A DNA stretch of 64,000 nt. It comes from Squalus acanthias. Lineage: Eukaryota. The stretch lies in contig JASTWF010000035.1 in NCBI GenBank assembly GCA_030390025.1, positions 2,170,001 to 2,234,000 on the forward strand. Reading direction: 5' to 3'. How positions within the stretch are numbered: the stretch's first letter is position 1; the number at the start of each line of letters is the position of its first letter. The notes beneath the pieces were generated by a model. It was not told the DNA's origin and made no database searches. It saw only the letters and a list, made by a program, of their open reading frames with translations. Position numbers and translations under genes: made by a program. Shown one piece after another: positions 11,759 through 24,900 of the stretch.

Positions 11759-14700
11759 ATGGAAAACATCCTTAAACCATCGCGTCTTGACTTGGACCCA
11801 AACACCCCAGCAGCCGGTAAGGTGTGGAAACACTGGTATCGCACGTTTGACAATTTTCTTGAATATTGCAAGGCTGATGATGACTCAAAGTTGCGGATAC
11901 TCATCAACTGTGTCACCCCGAATGTATTTCAGTATGTGGAGGAATGGGGCAGTTACGAGGAGGCAATTCGGACGCTTAAGAGACTATATACTAAGACTCC
12001 GAATGAGGTCTATGCCAGACATCTACTAGCTACAGCCCAACAAGGGCCGGAGGAATCCATTGATAAATTCCTCCAAGAGCTTCGCAGACTTAGTATGGAC
12101 TGTAACTTTCAGGCGGCCTCAGCTGAGCTGTACCGTGAAGAAATGATCCGTGATGCTTTCATCTGCGGGCTTGCCTCCCCATTTATACGCCAGCGTCTAC
12201 TGGAAAGTAAGACACTTGAGCTTCAGAGAGCTTATGACATGGCTTGCTCTCTAGATCTGGCAAAAAGAAATGCAGACCTTTATACAGTGCCCAGACCTCG
12301 GTCTACTGCCTTAACTACAGTCAGGCAATTTAAGAGGCCACAGGTGAACTCTATTAGGGAGGTCTTTATCCCTGACGATCAATCTGATGACTTCACTGAT
12401 GAAGAGGATGATGACCCCACTGTGGCAGCCTCTTGGCAATCTAAGAAATGCTTCTTTTGTGGTGATGAGTTTCACCCTCGGAAATTCTGCCCTGCTCTCA
12501 ATGCGTTTTGCAGTCATTGCAACAAAAAGGGTCATTTTGCAAAGGTTTGCCTATCAAGAGCCTCTACGAGGGCTTATCAAGCTAAGTCCTACCGAACTGC
12601 CCCGGTAAGGGCCTATCAAGATGTTCCGGCTAAAATCTATCGTGCTTCCTCTTGGGTTTCCTCTCGAAGAAACACACCTAGAGTTTCAGCCACTCTTTGT
12701 GCAACGACACCAATTACAGCTGCTTGTCCTCAGAACCTATTCCATGCAGCTACAAAAGCATCAATTAATGGACATACTTTAGATGCCTTAATTGACTCAG
12801 GTAGCACTGATAGTTTCATTAGGGAACAGATTGTTGCAGAGTTAAAGCTACATGTTTTCCCATCGGACCAGGCAATTGCGATGGCTCAGTCATCACTTAA
12901 TACCAGAATTTCTGGCTTTTGTATGGTTGAAATAACACTTAATGGTCACAGGTATCCCTCCACCCGGCTTTCGGTGCTCAAGGACTTATGTAGTGATCTT
13001 ATCTTAGGGCTGGATTTTCAAAAGCAGCATAAGAAGCTCACCATTGAGTTCGGCGGATCCAAACCTGAACTCACTATTTCTAATATACTACCTCGATTAC
13101 CGTTCTGTGCATTGTCAGCAGCTTCACTGGATGAACCCTCACTGTTTACCAGTATCCCTCCTCGATGCAAACCGATTATAACAAAGTCACGACGTTTCAG
13201 TCAGGAAGACCAGTCTTTTATTGCGGCTGAGATTTCTCAGCTTTTAGCAGAGGATATCATCGAGCCTTGTTCGTCGCCATGGCGCGCCCAGGTCGTTATT
13301 GTTAAGAACCCTCTACAACCTCACAAGAAACGGCTGTGCATTGACTATTCACAGACCATCAATCAATATACGGACTTGGACGCATACCCATTGCCGCGCA
13401 TTGATGATATGGTTAATAAACTGGCTGAGTACATGGTGTTCTCAACATATGATCTGAAAAGTGCCTATCATCAGGTACCCTTGAAGGTCTCAGACAAGCA
13501 GTATACGGCCTTTGAAGCCAATGGACGGCTGTATCAATTTCGTCGCCTCCCCTTTGGGGTCACTAATGGAGTGGCTGTCTTCCAGCGAGCAATGGATGAC
13601 CTGGTCAAACAGGAAGACTTGAAGGATACGTTTCCTTATCTGGACAATATTACTGTCGCAGGTCGCAATCAGCGGGAACATGACGCCAATCTCCAACGAT
13701 TTTGGGATGCACTCCAGCACCGTAATTTGACATTAAATGCGGCTAAATCCATTGAGTCACAACCAACCATCAACATCCTTGGCTATTGTGTGGGCAATGG
13801 CATCATTAAACCTGACCCTGAAAGGCTTCGCCCACTCCAAGAACTCCCGCCACCTAAGAATCCGGCCTCCTTGCGCCGGGCCCTCGGCCTGTTTGCATAC
13901 TATGCTAAATGGATTCCTAACTTCTTGGACCGAATCCAACCTCTACTGAAGGCCAGTACATTCCCACGAGACACAGCGGCTGTTGCAGCCTTTAACCTCC
14001 TGAAAAAACAGTTGGAGAAAGCGGCTCTTCACTCCATCGATGAGAGTCTTCCTTTTGTTGTTGAGTGTGATGCCTCGGAGGTGGCGATCTCGGCCACTCT
14101 GAATCAGGAAGGTCGTCCGGTGGCATTTTTGTCCAGGACTTTTCAAGGGGCTGAGCTACATTATCCTCCAGTCGAGAAAGAAGCTACAGCCATCATAGAG
14201 GCAGCACGGAAGTGGAGTCATCTCCTAGCTCGCCAGCACTTTACCTTAATCATGGACCAGCGATCGGTCGCCTTCATGCTCGATAATCGAAAACGGACCA
14301 AAATTAAAAATAATAAAATCCAGCTTTGGCGGCTGGAATTGGCCTCTTTTGGTTACACCATCCACTATTGACCTGGCAAGGAGAATGTGGCTCCGGATAC
14401 CCTCACACGAGCATTCTGCTCCGCCATGGCACCCTCTACGCTTGTAGACATCCATGATGGGTTGTGTCATCCGGGCGTTACTCGCATGCTACACTTCGTG
14501 CGGTCCCGAAATCTCCCATTCTCTACCGGGGATGTAAAGAAGATGTGCTCGGACTGCAGAGTCTGTGCGGAATTGAAACCTCAGTTTTTCCGCCCCTCGG
14601 GTGGTATACTCATACATGCGACCCAGACAATGCAACGGCTTAGCATCGATTTTAAGGGGCCGTTGCCCTCTTCAACTCGCAACACTTATCTGTTGACCAT

Positions 14701-15710
14701 GGTCGATGAGTATTCCCGTTTTCCGTTTGCCTTTCCCTGCCCCAATATGCTGATGACCACGGTTATCAGCTGCCTTGAGCAGGTATTTGCTTTCTGTGGC
14801 ATGGCATCCTATGTTCATTCGGATCGGGGCCCTTCTTTTATGTCAGGAGAACTCAAGGCCTATCTCTCGGAACGGGGTATTGCTGCCAGCAAAACGACGC
14901 CTTATCATCCGGAATGGGCAAGTCGAGCGTTATAACGCTATCATCTGGAATGCAGTACATCTGGCTTTGAGATCTCGGGGCCTACCCAACCAGCAATGGG
15001 AAGCAGTACTTCCAGACACATTACACTCCACACGGTCCCTCCTTTCGACCGCCACAAATACGACGCCTCATGAACGGTTCTTCCGATTTCAGCGTCGCTC
15101 ATCCTATGGGATATCTCTCCCATCGTGGCTGACTGCACCGGGACCAGTGCTACTCCGAAGATATGTCCGGGCGTCTAAGAATGACCCCCTGGTAGATGAG
15201 GTTGAGCTCACTGACGTCAACCCTACCTACGCCTATATTCGGTATCCTGACGGTCGGGAATCTACCGTGTCATTGCGGGATCTGGCTCCCTGCCCGCCGA
15301 AACATAGAGGGACACCAGGGGATGATATTGTACCAGGCACATCTCTGGGCTCGCCAGGTGCCTCTCATCACGATTTGGATCTGACGCCGGCTGGTACCTC
15401 ACTCCAGCGTGCCGACCTGGGGCAGACTGACTATGAGCCCGTCGGAGCTCGCACGCGCAGCCACGATCCACCCCGTACCGTACGCTCGGAAACGGATCTG
15501 CCACAGCCCTGCCCGACACCCGTTCGGGCACCAGTACACAGTCAGGATCGTCCTGACCCCTCACAGAGCGGGCTGGATCACTCGGACTCTGGTCCACGGC
15601 CCGCGGCGGGTAAACGGGCTAGGGGCCCTCTACCGCTACGAGAACCCAAACGGGTGCGGCTCTCCCTCGTCCAGCGGCTACGAAATGGAGGGAGCATCCC
15701 GGCCTCCTAA
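11759..15710 (+). pseudogene. Gypsy gag-pol single ORF, disrupted by a TGA at 14369 and a frameshift near 14910
   Basis: Two CCHC knuckles, protease LIDSGS, RT YDLKSAYHQ/PFG/YLDN, RNase H CDAS...EKEA, integrase H-x4-H...C-x2-C and IDFKGP/SDRG/QVER. Confidence 0.92.
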
Positions 15711-15730
15711 TCTTTTGGGGGGGGGGAGAA

Positions 15731-15924
15731 TGTGGTAACACAATACAGCTTCCTGTGACTTGAACTTTATTGCATCACTTCCTGTGATTAGTCCAGGATA
15801 AATACTGGACTGATCAGTTGGATCCTGGAGAGGCATAGAGTAAGACCTCTTTTGTATGTAGCATCTTTTTAGTTGATTAAAGCTTACTTTAAGTTCACCA
15901 CGCGTAAGGCTCATTCTTACGACA
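15731..15924 (+). repeat. 3' LTR (TG...CA)
   Basis: Follows the G-rich PPT; matches the 5' LTR. Confidence 0.95.
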
Positions 15925-18900
15925 TTCACTAAAACCCAACTGGTTCACTAAAAACCCAACTGGTTCACTAAAAACCCAACTGGTTCATTAAAAACCCAGC
16001 TGGTTCACTAAAATCCCAGCTGGTTCACTAAAATCCCAACTGGTTCACTAAAATCCAAACTGGTTCACTAAAAACCCAACTGGTTCACTTAAAACCCAAC
16101 TGGTTCGCTAAAAACCAAGTGGTTCACTAAAAACCCAACTGGTTCATTAAAATCCCAGCTGGTACACTAAAATACCAGCTGGTTCACTAAAAACCCAGCT
16201 GGTTCACTAAAAGCCCAACTGGTTCACTAAAAGCCCAACTGGTTCACTAAAATCCCAACTGGTTCGCTAAAGTCCAAACTTGTTCACTAAAATCCCAACT
16301 GGTTCACTAAAAACACAACTGGTTCACTTAAATTCCCAACTGGCTCACTAAAATCCCAACTGGTTCACTGAAATCCCAACTGGTTCACTAAAAACCCAAC
16401 TGGTTCACTAAAAACCCAACTGGTTCACTAAATTCCAACTGGTTCACTAAAAACCAAACTGGTTCACTAAAATCCCAGCTGGTTCACTAAAAACCCAGCT
16501 GGTTCACTAAAAACCCAACTGGTTCACTAAAATCCCAACTGGTTCACTAAAAACCCAGCTGGTTCACTAAAAACCCAGCTGGTACACTAAAATAACAACT
16601 GGTTCACTAAAAACCCAACTGGTTCACTAAAATCCCAGCTGGTTCACTAAAAACCCAACTGGCTCACTAAAAACCCAACTGGTTCACTAAAATCCCAACT
16701 GGTTCACCAGAAATCCAACTGGTTCACTAAAAACCCAACTGGTTCACTAAAAACCCAACTGGTTCACTAAAATCCCAACTGGTTCACTAAAATCCCAGCT
16801 GGTTCACTAAAAACCCAGCTGGTTCACTAAAAACCCAACTGGTTCACTAAAAACCCAACTGGTTCACTAAAATCCCAACTGGTTCACTAAAAACCCAGCT
16901 GGTTCACTAAAAACCCAGCTGGCTCACTAAAATCCCAACTGGTTCACTAAAAACCCAACTGGTTCACTTAAAACCCAACTGGTTCACTAAAAACCAAGTG
17001 GTTCACTAAAAACCCAACTGGTTCATTAAAAACCCAACTGATTCACTAAAATCCCAACTGGTTCACTAAAAACCCAACTGGTTCACTAAAATCCCAGCTG
17101 GTACACTAAAATACCAGCTGGTTCACTAAAAACCCAGCTGCTTCACTAAAAGCCCAACTGGTTCACTAAAATCCCAACTGGTTCGCTAAAGTCCCAACTG
17201 GTTCACTAAAATCCCAACTGGTTCACTAAAAACACAACTGGTTCACTTAAAATCCCAACTGGCTCACTAAAATCCCAACTGGTTCACTGAAATCCCAACT
17301 GGTTCACTAAAAACCCAACTGGTTCACTAAAAACCCAGCTGCTTCACTAAATTCCCAACTGGTTTACTAAAAACCAAACTGGTTAACTAAAATCCCAGCT
17401 GGCTCACTAAAAACCCAGCTGGTTCACTAAAAACCCAACTGGTTCACTAAAATCCCAACTGGTTCACTAAAATCCAAACTGGTTCACTAAAAACCCAACT
17501 GGTTCACTAAAAACCCAACTAGTTCACTAAAATCCCAACTGGTTCACTGAAATCCCAACTGGTTCACTAAAAACCCAACTGGTTCACTAAAAACCCAGCT
17601 GCTTCACTAAATTCCCAACTGGTTTACTAAAAACCAAACTGGTTAACTAAAATCCCAGCTGGCTCACTAAAAACCCAGCTGGTTCACTAAAAACCCAACT
17701 GGTTCACTAAAATCCCAACTGGTTCACTAAAATCCAAACTGGTTCACTAAAAACCCAACTGGTTCACTAAAAACCCAGCTGGTTCACTAAAAACCCAGCT
17801 GGCTCACTAAAAACCCAACTGGTTCACTAAAATCCAAACTGGTTCACTAAAAACCCAACTGGTTCACTTAAAACCCAACTGGTTCGCTAAAAACCCAACT
17901 GGTTCACTAAAAACCCAACTGGTTCATTAAAATCCCAACTGGTTCACTAAAAACCCAACTGGTTCATTAAAATCCCAACTGGTTCACTAAAAACCCAACT
18001 GGTTCATTAAAATCCCAGCTGGTACACTAAAATACCAGCTGGTTCACTAAAAACCCAGCTGGTTCACTAAAAGCCCAACTGGTTCACTAAAAGCCCAACT
18101 GGTTCACTAAAATCCCAACTGGTTCGCTAAAGTCCAAACTTGTTCACTAAAATCCCAACTGGTTCACTAAAAACACAACTGGTTCACTTAAATTCCCAAC
18201 TGGCTCACTAAAATCCCAACTGGTTCACTGAAATCCCAACTGGTTCACTAAAAACCCAACTGGTTCACTAAAAACCCAACTGGTTCACTAAATTCCAACT
18301 GGTTCACTAAAAACCAAACTGGTTCACTAAAATCCCAGCTGGTTCACTAAAAACCCAGCTGGTTCACTAAAATCCCAACTGGTTCACTGAAATCCCAACT
18401 GGTTCACTAAAAACCCAACTGGTTCACTAAAAACCCAGCTGCTTCACTAAATTCCCAACTGGTTTACTAAAAACCAAACTGGTTAACTAAAATCCCAGCT
18501 GGTTCACTAAAAACCCAGCTGGTTCACTAAAAACCCAACTGGTTCACTAAAATCCCAACTGGTTCACTAAAAACCCAGCTGGTTCACTAAAAACACAGCT
18601 GGCTCACTAAAATCCCAACTGGTTCACTAAAAACCCAGCTGGTTCACTAAAAACCCAGCTGGTACACTAAAATACCAACTGGTTCACTAAAAACCCAACT
18701 GGTTCACTAATATCCCAGCTGGTTCACTAAAAACCCAACTGGCTCACCAAAAACTCAACTGGATCACTAAAATCCCAACTGGTTCACCAGAAATCCAACT
18801 GGTTCACTAAAAACCCAACTGGTTCACTAAAAACCCAACTGGTTCACTAAAATCCCAACTGGTTCACTAAAATACCAGCTGGTTCACTAAAAACCCAGCT

Positions 18901-21900
18901 GGTTCACTAAAAACCCAACTGGTTCACTAAAAACCCAACTGGTTCACTAAAATCCCAACTGGTTCACTAAAAACGCAGCTGGTTCACTAAAAGCCCAACT
19001 GGTTCACTAAAAGCCCAACTGGTTCACTAAAAACCCAATGGTTCACTCCAAACCCAGCTGGTTCACTAAAATACCAGCTGGTTCACTAAAAACCCAGCTG
19101 GTTCACTAAAAACCCAGCTGGTTCACTAAAAACCCAGCTGGTTCACTAAAATCTCAGCTGGTTCACTAAAAACCCAGCTGGTTCACTAAAATCCCAACTG
19201 GTTCGCTAAAATCCAAACTGGTTCACTAAAAACCCAGCTGGTTCACTAAAATCCCAACTAGATCAATAAAAGCCCAACTGGTTCACTTAAAACCCAACTG
19301 GTTCACTAAAATCCCACCTGGTTCACTAAAAACTCAACTGGTTCACTAAAAACCCAGCTGGTTCATTATAATCCCAACTGGTTCACTAAAAACCCAACTG
19401 GTTCATTAAAAACCCAGCTGGTTCACTAAAAACCCAACTGGTTCACTAAATGCCAACTGGTTCACTAAAATTCCAACTGGTTCACTAAAAACCCAACTGA
19501 TTCACTAAAAACCCAACTGGTTCACTAAAATCTCAACTTGTTCACTTAAAACCCAACTGGTTCACTAAAAACACAACTGGTTCACTAAAATCCCAACTGG
19601 TTCACTAAAAACCCAACTGGTTCATTAAAAACCCAGCTGGTTCACTAAAAACCCAGCTGGTTCACTAAAAACCCAACTGGTTCACTAAAATCCCAACTGG
19701 TTCACTAAAAACCCAGCTGGTTCACTAAAAACCCAGCTGGCTCACTAAAATCCCAACTGGTTCACTAAAAACCCAACTGGTTCACTAAAATCCCAGCTGG
19801 TTCACTAAAATACCAGCTGGTTCACTAAAAACCCAGCTGGTTCACTAAAAACCCAACTGGTTCACTAAAATCCCAACTGGTTCACTTAAAACCCAACTGG
19901 TTCACTAAAATCCCAACTGGTTCACTAAAAACCCAACTGGCTCACTAAAAACCCAACTGGTTCACTAAAATCCCAACTGGTTCACTAGAAATCCAACTGG
20001 TTCACTAAACACCCAACTGTTCACTAAAAGCCCAACTGGTTTACTAAAATGCCAGCTGGTTCACTAAACACCCAGCTGGTTCACTAAAATCCCAACTGGT
20101 TCACTAAAAACCCAACTGGTTCACTAAAATCCCAGCTGGTTCACTAAAAACCCAGCTGGTTCACTAAAAACCCAACTGGTTCATTAAAAGCACAATTGGT
20201 TCACTAAAATCCCAACTGGTTCGCTAAAGTCCCAACTGGTTCACTAAAATCCCAACTGGTTCACTAAAAACCCAACTGGTTCACTAAAAACCCAACTGGT
20301 TCACTAGTATCCCAACTGGTTCACTAAAAACCCAACTGGTTCACTTAAAACCCAACTGGTTCACTAAAAACCAAGTGGTTCACTAAAAACCCAACTGGTT
20401 CATTAAAAACCCAACTGATTCACTAAAATCCCAACTGGTTCACTAAAAACCCAACTGGTTCACTAAAATCCCAGCTGGTACACTAAAATACCAGCTGGTT
20501 CACTAAAAACCCAACTGCTTCACTAAAATCCCAACTGGTTCGCTAAAGTCCCAACTGGTTCACTAAAATCCCAACTGGTTCACTAAAAACACAACTGGTT
20601 CACTTAAAATCCCAACTGGCTCACTAAAATCCCAACTGGTTCACTGAAATCCCAACTGGTTCACTAAAAACCCAACTGGTTCACTAAAAACCCAGCTGCT
20701 TCACTAAATTCCCAACTGGTTTACTAAAAACCAAACTGGTTAACTAAAATCCCAGCTGGCTCACTAAAAACCCAGCTGGTTCACTAAAAACCCAACTGGT
20801 TCACTAAAATCCCAACTGGTTCACTAAAATCCAAACTGGTTCACTAAAAACCCAACTGGTTCACTTAAAACCCAACTGGTTCGCTAAAAACCAAGTGGTT
20901 CACTAAAAACCCAACTGGTTCATTAAAAACCCAACTGGTTCACTAAAATCCCAACTGGTTCACTAAAAACCCAACTGGTTCATTAAAATCCCAGCTGGTA
21001 CACTAAAATACCAGCTGGTTCACTAAAAACCCAGCTGGTTCACTAAAAGCCCAACTGGTTCACTAAAAGCCCAACTGGTTCGCTAAAGTCCAAACTTGTT
21101 CACTAAAATCCCAACTGGTTCACTTAAAATCCCAACTGGCTCACTAAAATCCCAACTGGTTCACTGAAATCCCAACTGGTTCACTAAAAACCCAACTGGT
21201 TCACTAAAAACCCAACTGGTTCACTAAATTCCAACTGGTTCACTAAAAACCAAACTGGTTCACTAAAATCCCAGCTGGTTCACTAAAAACCCAGCTGGTT
21301 CACTAAAAACCCAACTAGTTCACTAAAATCCCAACTGGTTCACTAAAAACCCAGCTGGTTCACTAAAAACCCAACTAGTTCACTAAAATCCCAACTGGTT
21401 CACTAAAAACCCAGCTGGTTCACTAAAAACCCAGCTGGTACACTAAAATAACAACTGGTTCACTAAAAACCCAACTGGTTCACTAAAATCCCAGCTGGTT
21501 CACTAAAAACCCAACTGGCTCACTAAAAACCCAACTGGTTCACTAAAATCCCAACTGGTTCACCAGAAATCCAACTGGTTCACTAAAAACCCAACTGGTT
21601 CACTAAAAACCCAACTGGTTCACTAAAATCCCAACTGGTTCACTAAAATCCCAGCTGGTTCACTAAAAACCCAGCTGGTTCACTAAAAACCCAACTGGTT
21701 CACTAAAAACCCAACTGGTTCACTAAAATCCCAACTGGTTCACTAAAAACCCAGCTGGTTCACTAAAAACCCAGCTGGCTCACTAAAATCCCAACTGGTT
21801 CACTAAAAACCCAACTGGTTCACTTAAAACCCAACTGGTTCACTAAAAACCAAGTGGTTCACTAAAAACCCAACTGGTTCATTAAAAACCCAACTGATTC

Positions 21901-24900
21901 ACTAAAATCCCAACTGGTTCACTAAAAACCCAACTGGTTCACTAAAATCCCAGCTGGTACACTAAAATACCAGCTGGTTCACTAAAAACCCAGCTGCTTC
22001 ACTAAAAGCCCAACTGGTTCACTAAAAGCACAACTGCTTCACTAAAATCCCAACTGGTTCGCTAAAGTCCCAACTGGTTCACTAAAATCCCAACTGGTTC
22101 ACTAAAAACACAACTGGTTCACTTAAAATCCCAACTGGCTCACTAAAATCCCAACTGGTTCACTGAAATCCCAACTGGTTCACTAAAAACCCAACTGGTT
22201 CACTAAAAACCCAGCTGGTTCACTAAAAACCCAGCTGGCTCACTAAAATCCCAACTGGTTCACTAAAAACCCAGCTGGTTCACTAAAAACCCAGCTGGTA
22301 CACTAAAATACCAACTGGTTCACTAAAAACCCAACTGGTTCACTAAAAACCCAACTAGATCAATAAAAGCCCAACTGGTTCACTTAAAACCCAACTGGTT
22401 CACTAAAATCCCACCTGGTTCACTAAAAACTCAACTGGTTCACTAAAAACCCAGCTGGTTCATTATAATCCCAACTGGTTCACTAAAAACCCAACTGGTT
22501 CATTAAAAACCCAGCTGGTTCACTAAAAACCCAACTGGTTCACTAAATGCCAACTGGTTCACTAAAATTCCAACTGGTTCACTAAAAACCCAACTGATTC
22601 ACTAAAAACCCAACTGGTTCACTAAAATCTCAACTTGTTCACTTAAAACCCAACTGGTTCACTAAAAACACAACTGGTTCACTAAAATCTCAACTGGTTC
22701 ACTAAAAACCCAACTGGTTCATTAAAAACCCAGCTGGTTCACTAAAAACCCAGCTGGTTCACTAAAAACCCAACTGGTTCACTAAAATCCCAACTGGTTC
22801 ACTAAAAACCCAGCTGGTTCACTAAAAACCCAGCTGGCTCACTAAAATCCCAACTGGTTCACTAAAAACCCAACTGGTTCACTAAAATCCCAGGTGGTTC
22901 ACTAAAATACCAGCTGGTTCACTAAAAACCCAGCTGGTTCACTAAAAACCCAACTGGTTCACTAAAATCCCAACTGGTTCACTTAAAACCCAACTGGTTC
23001 ACTAAAATCCCAACTGGTTCACTAAAAACCCAACTGGCTCACTAAAAACCCAACTGGTTCACTAAAATCCCAACTGGTTCACTAGAAATCCAACTGGTTC
23101 ACTAAACACCCAACTGTTCACTAAAAGCCCAACTGGTTTACTAAAATGCCAGCTGGTTCACTAAACACCCAGCTGGTTCACTAAAATCCCAACTAGTTCA
23201 CTAAAAACCCAACTGGTTCACTAAAATCCCAGCTGGTTCACTAAAAACCCAGCTGGTTCACTAAAAACCCAACTGGTTCATTAAAAGCACAATTGGTTCA
23301 CTAAAATCCCAACTGGTTCGCTAAAGTCCCAACTGGTTCACTAAAATCCCAACTGGTTCACTAAAAACCCAACTGGTTCACTAAAAACCCAACTGGTTCA
23401 CTAGTATCCCAACTGGTTCACTAAAAACCCAGCTGGTTCACTAAAAACCCAGCTGGTTCACTAAAAACCCAACTGTTTCACTAAAATCCCAACTGGTTCA
23501 CTAAAATCCCAACTGGTTCACTAAAAACCCAGCTGGTTCACTATAATCCCAACTGGTTCACTAAAAACCCAACTGGTTCATTAAAAACCCAGCTGGTTCA
23601 CTAAATGCCAACTGGTTCACTAAAATCCCAACTGGTTCTCTAAAAACCCAACTGATTCACTAAAAACCCAACTGGTTCACTAAAATCTCAACTTGTTCAC
23701 TTAAAACCCAACTGGTTCACTAAAAACACAACTGGTTCACTAAAATCCCAACTGGTTCACTAAAAACCCAACTGGTTCATTAAAAACCCAACTGGTTCAC
23801 TAAAATCGCAACTGGTTCACTAAAGTCCCAACTGGTTCACTAAAATCCCAACTGGTTCACTAAAATCCCGATTGCTTCAATAAAAACCCAACTGGTTCAC
23901 TTAAAACCCAACTGGTTCACTAAAAACCCAGCTGGTTCACTAAAAACCCAACTAGTTCACTAAAATCCCAACTGGTTCACTAAAAACCCAGCTGGTTCAC
24001 TAAAAACCCAGCTGGTACACTAAAATAACAACTGGTTCACTAAAAACCCAACTGGTTCACTAAAATCCCAGCTGGTTCACTAAAAACCCAACTGGCTCAC
24101 TAAAAACCCAACTGGTTCACTAAAATCCCAACTGGTTCACCAGAAATCCAACTGGTTCACTAAAAACCCAACTGGTTCACTAAAAACCCAACTGGTTCAC
24201 TAAAATCCCAACTGGTTCACTAAAATCCCAGCTGGTTCACTAAAAACCCAGCTGGTTCACTAAAAACCCAACTGGTTCACTAAAAACCCAACTGGTTCAC
24301 TAAAATCCCAACTGGTTCACTAAAAACCCAGCTGGTTCACTAAAAACCCAGCTGGCTCACTAAAATCCCAACTGGTTCACTAAAAACCCAACTGGTTCAC
24401 TTAAAACCCAACTGGTTCACTAAAAACCAAGTGGTTCACTAAAAACCCAACTGGTTCATTAAAAACCCAACTGATTCACTAAAATCCCAACTGGTTCACT
24501 AAAAACCCAACTGGTTCACTAAAATCCCAGCTGGTACACTAAAATACCAGCTGGTTCACTAAAAACCCAGCTGCTTCACTAAAAGCCCAACTGGTTCACT
24601 AAAAGCACAACTGCTTCACTAAAATCCCAACTGGTTCGCTAAAGTCCCAACTGGTTCACTAAAATCCCAACTGGTTCACTAAAAACACAACTGGTTCACT
24701 TAAAATCCCAACTGGCTCACTAAAATCCCAACTGGTTCACTGAAATCCCAACTGGTTCACTAAAAACCCAACTGGTTCACTAAAAACCCAGCTGCTTCAC
24801 TAAATTCCCAACTGGTTTACTAAAAACCAAACTGGTTAACTAAAATCCCAGCTGGTTCACTAAAAACCCAGCTGGTTCACTAAAAACCCAACTGGTTCAC

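Larger units (their letters stand above)
11487..15924 (+). mobile_element. Full-length Ty3/Gypsy LTR retrotransposon (Mag-like gag), defective copy
   Basis: Two 194-bp LTRs, polypurine tract at 15717-15730, order gag-PR-RT-RH-IN. Confidence 0.95.

Noticed and set aside
14369..14371. Programmed stop-codon readthrough between RNase H and integrase
   Set aside because: The stop falls in the conserved YRPGKEN motif and is best explained by CGA to TGA decay; a separate frameshift follows.
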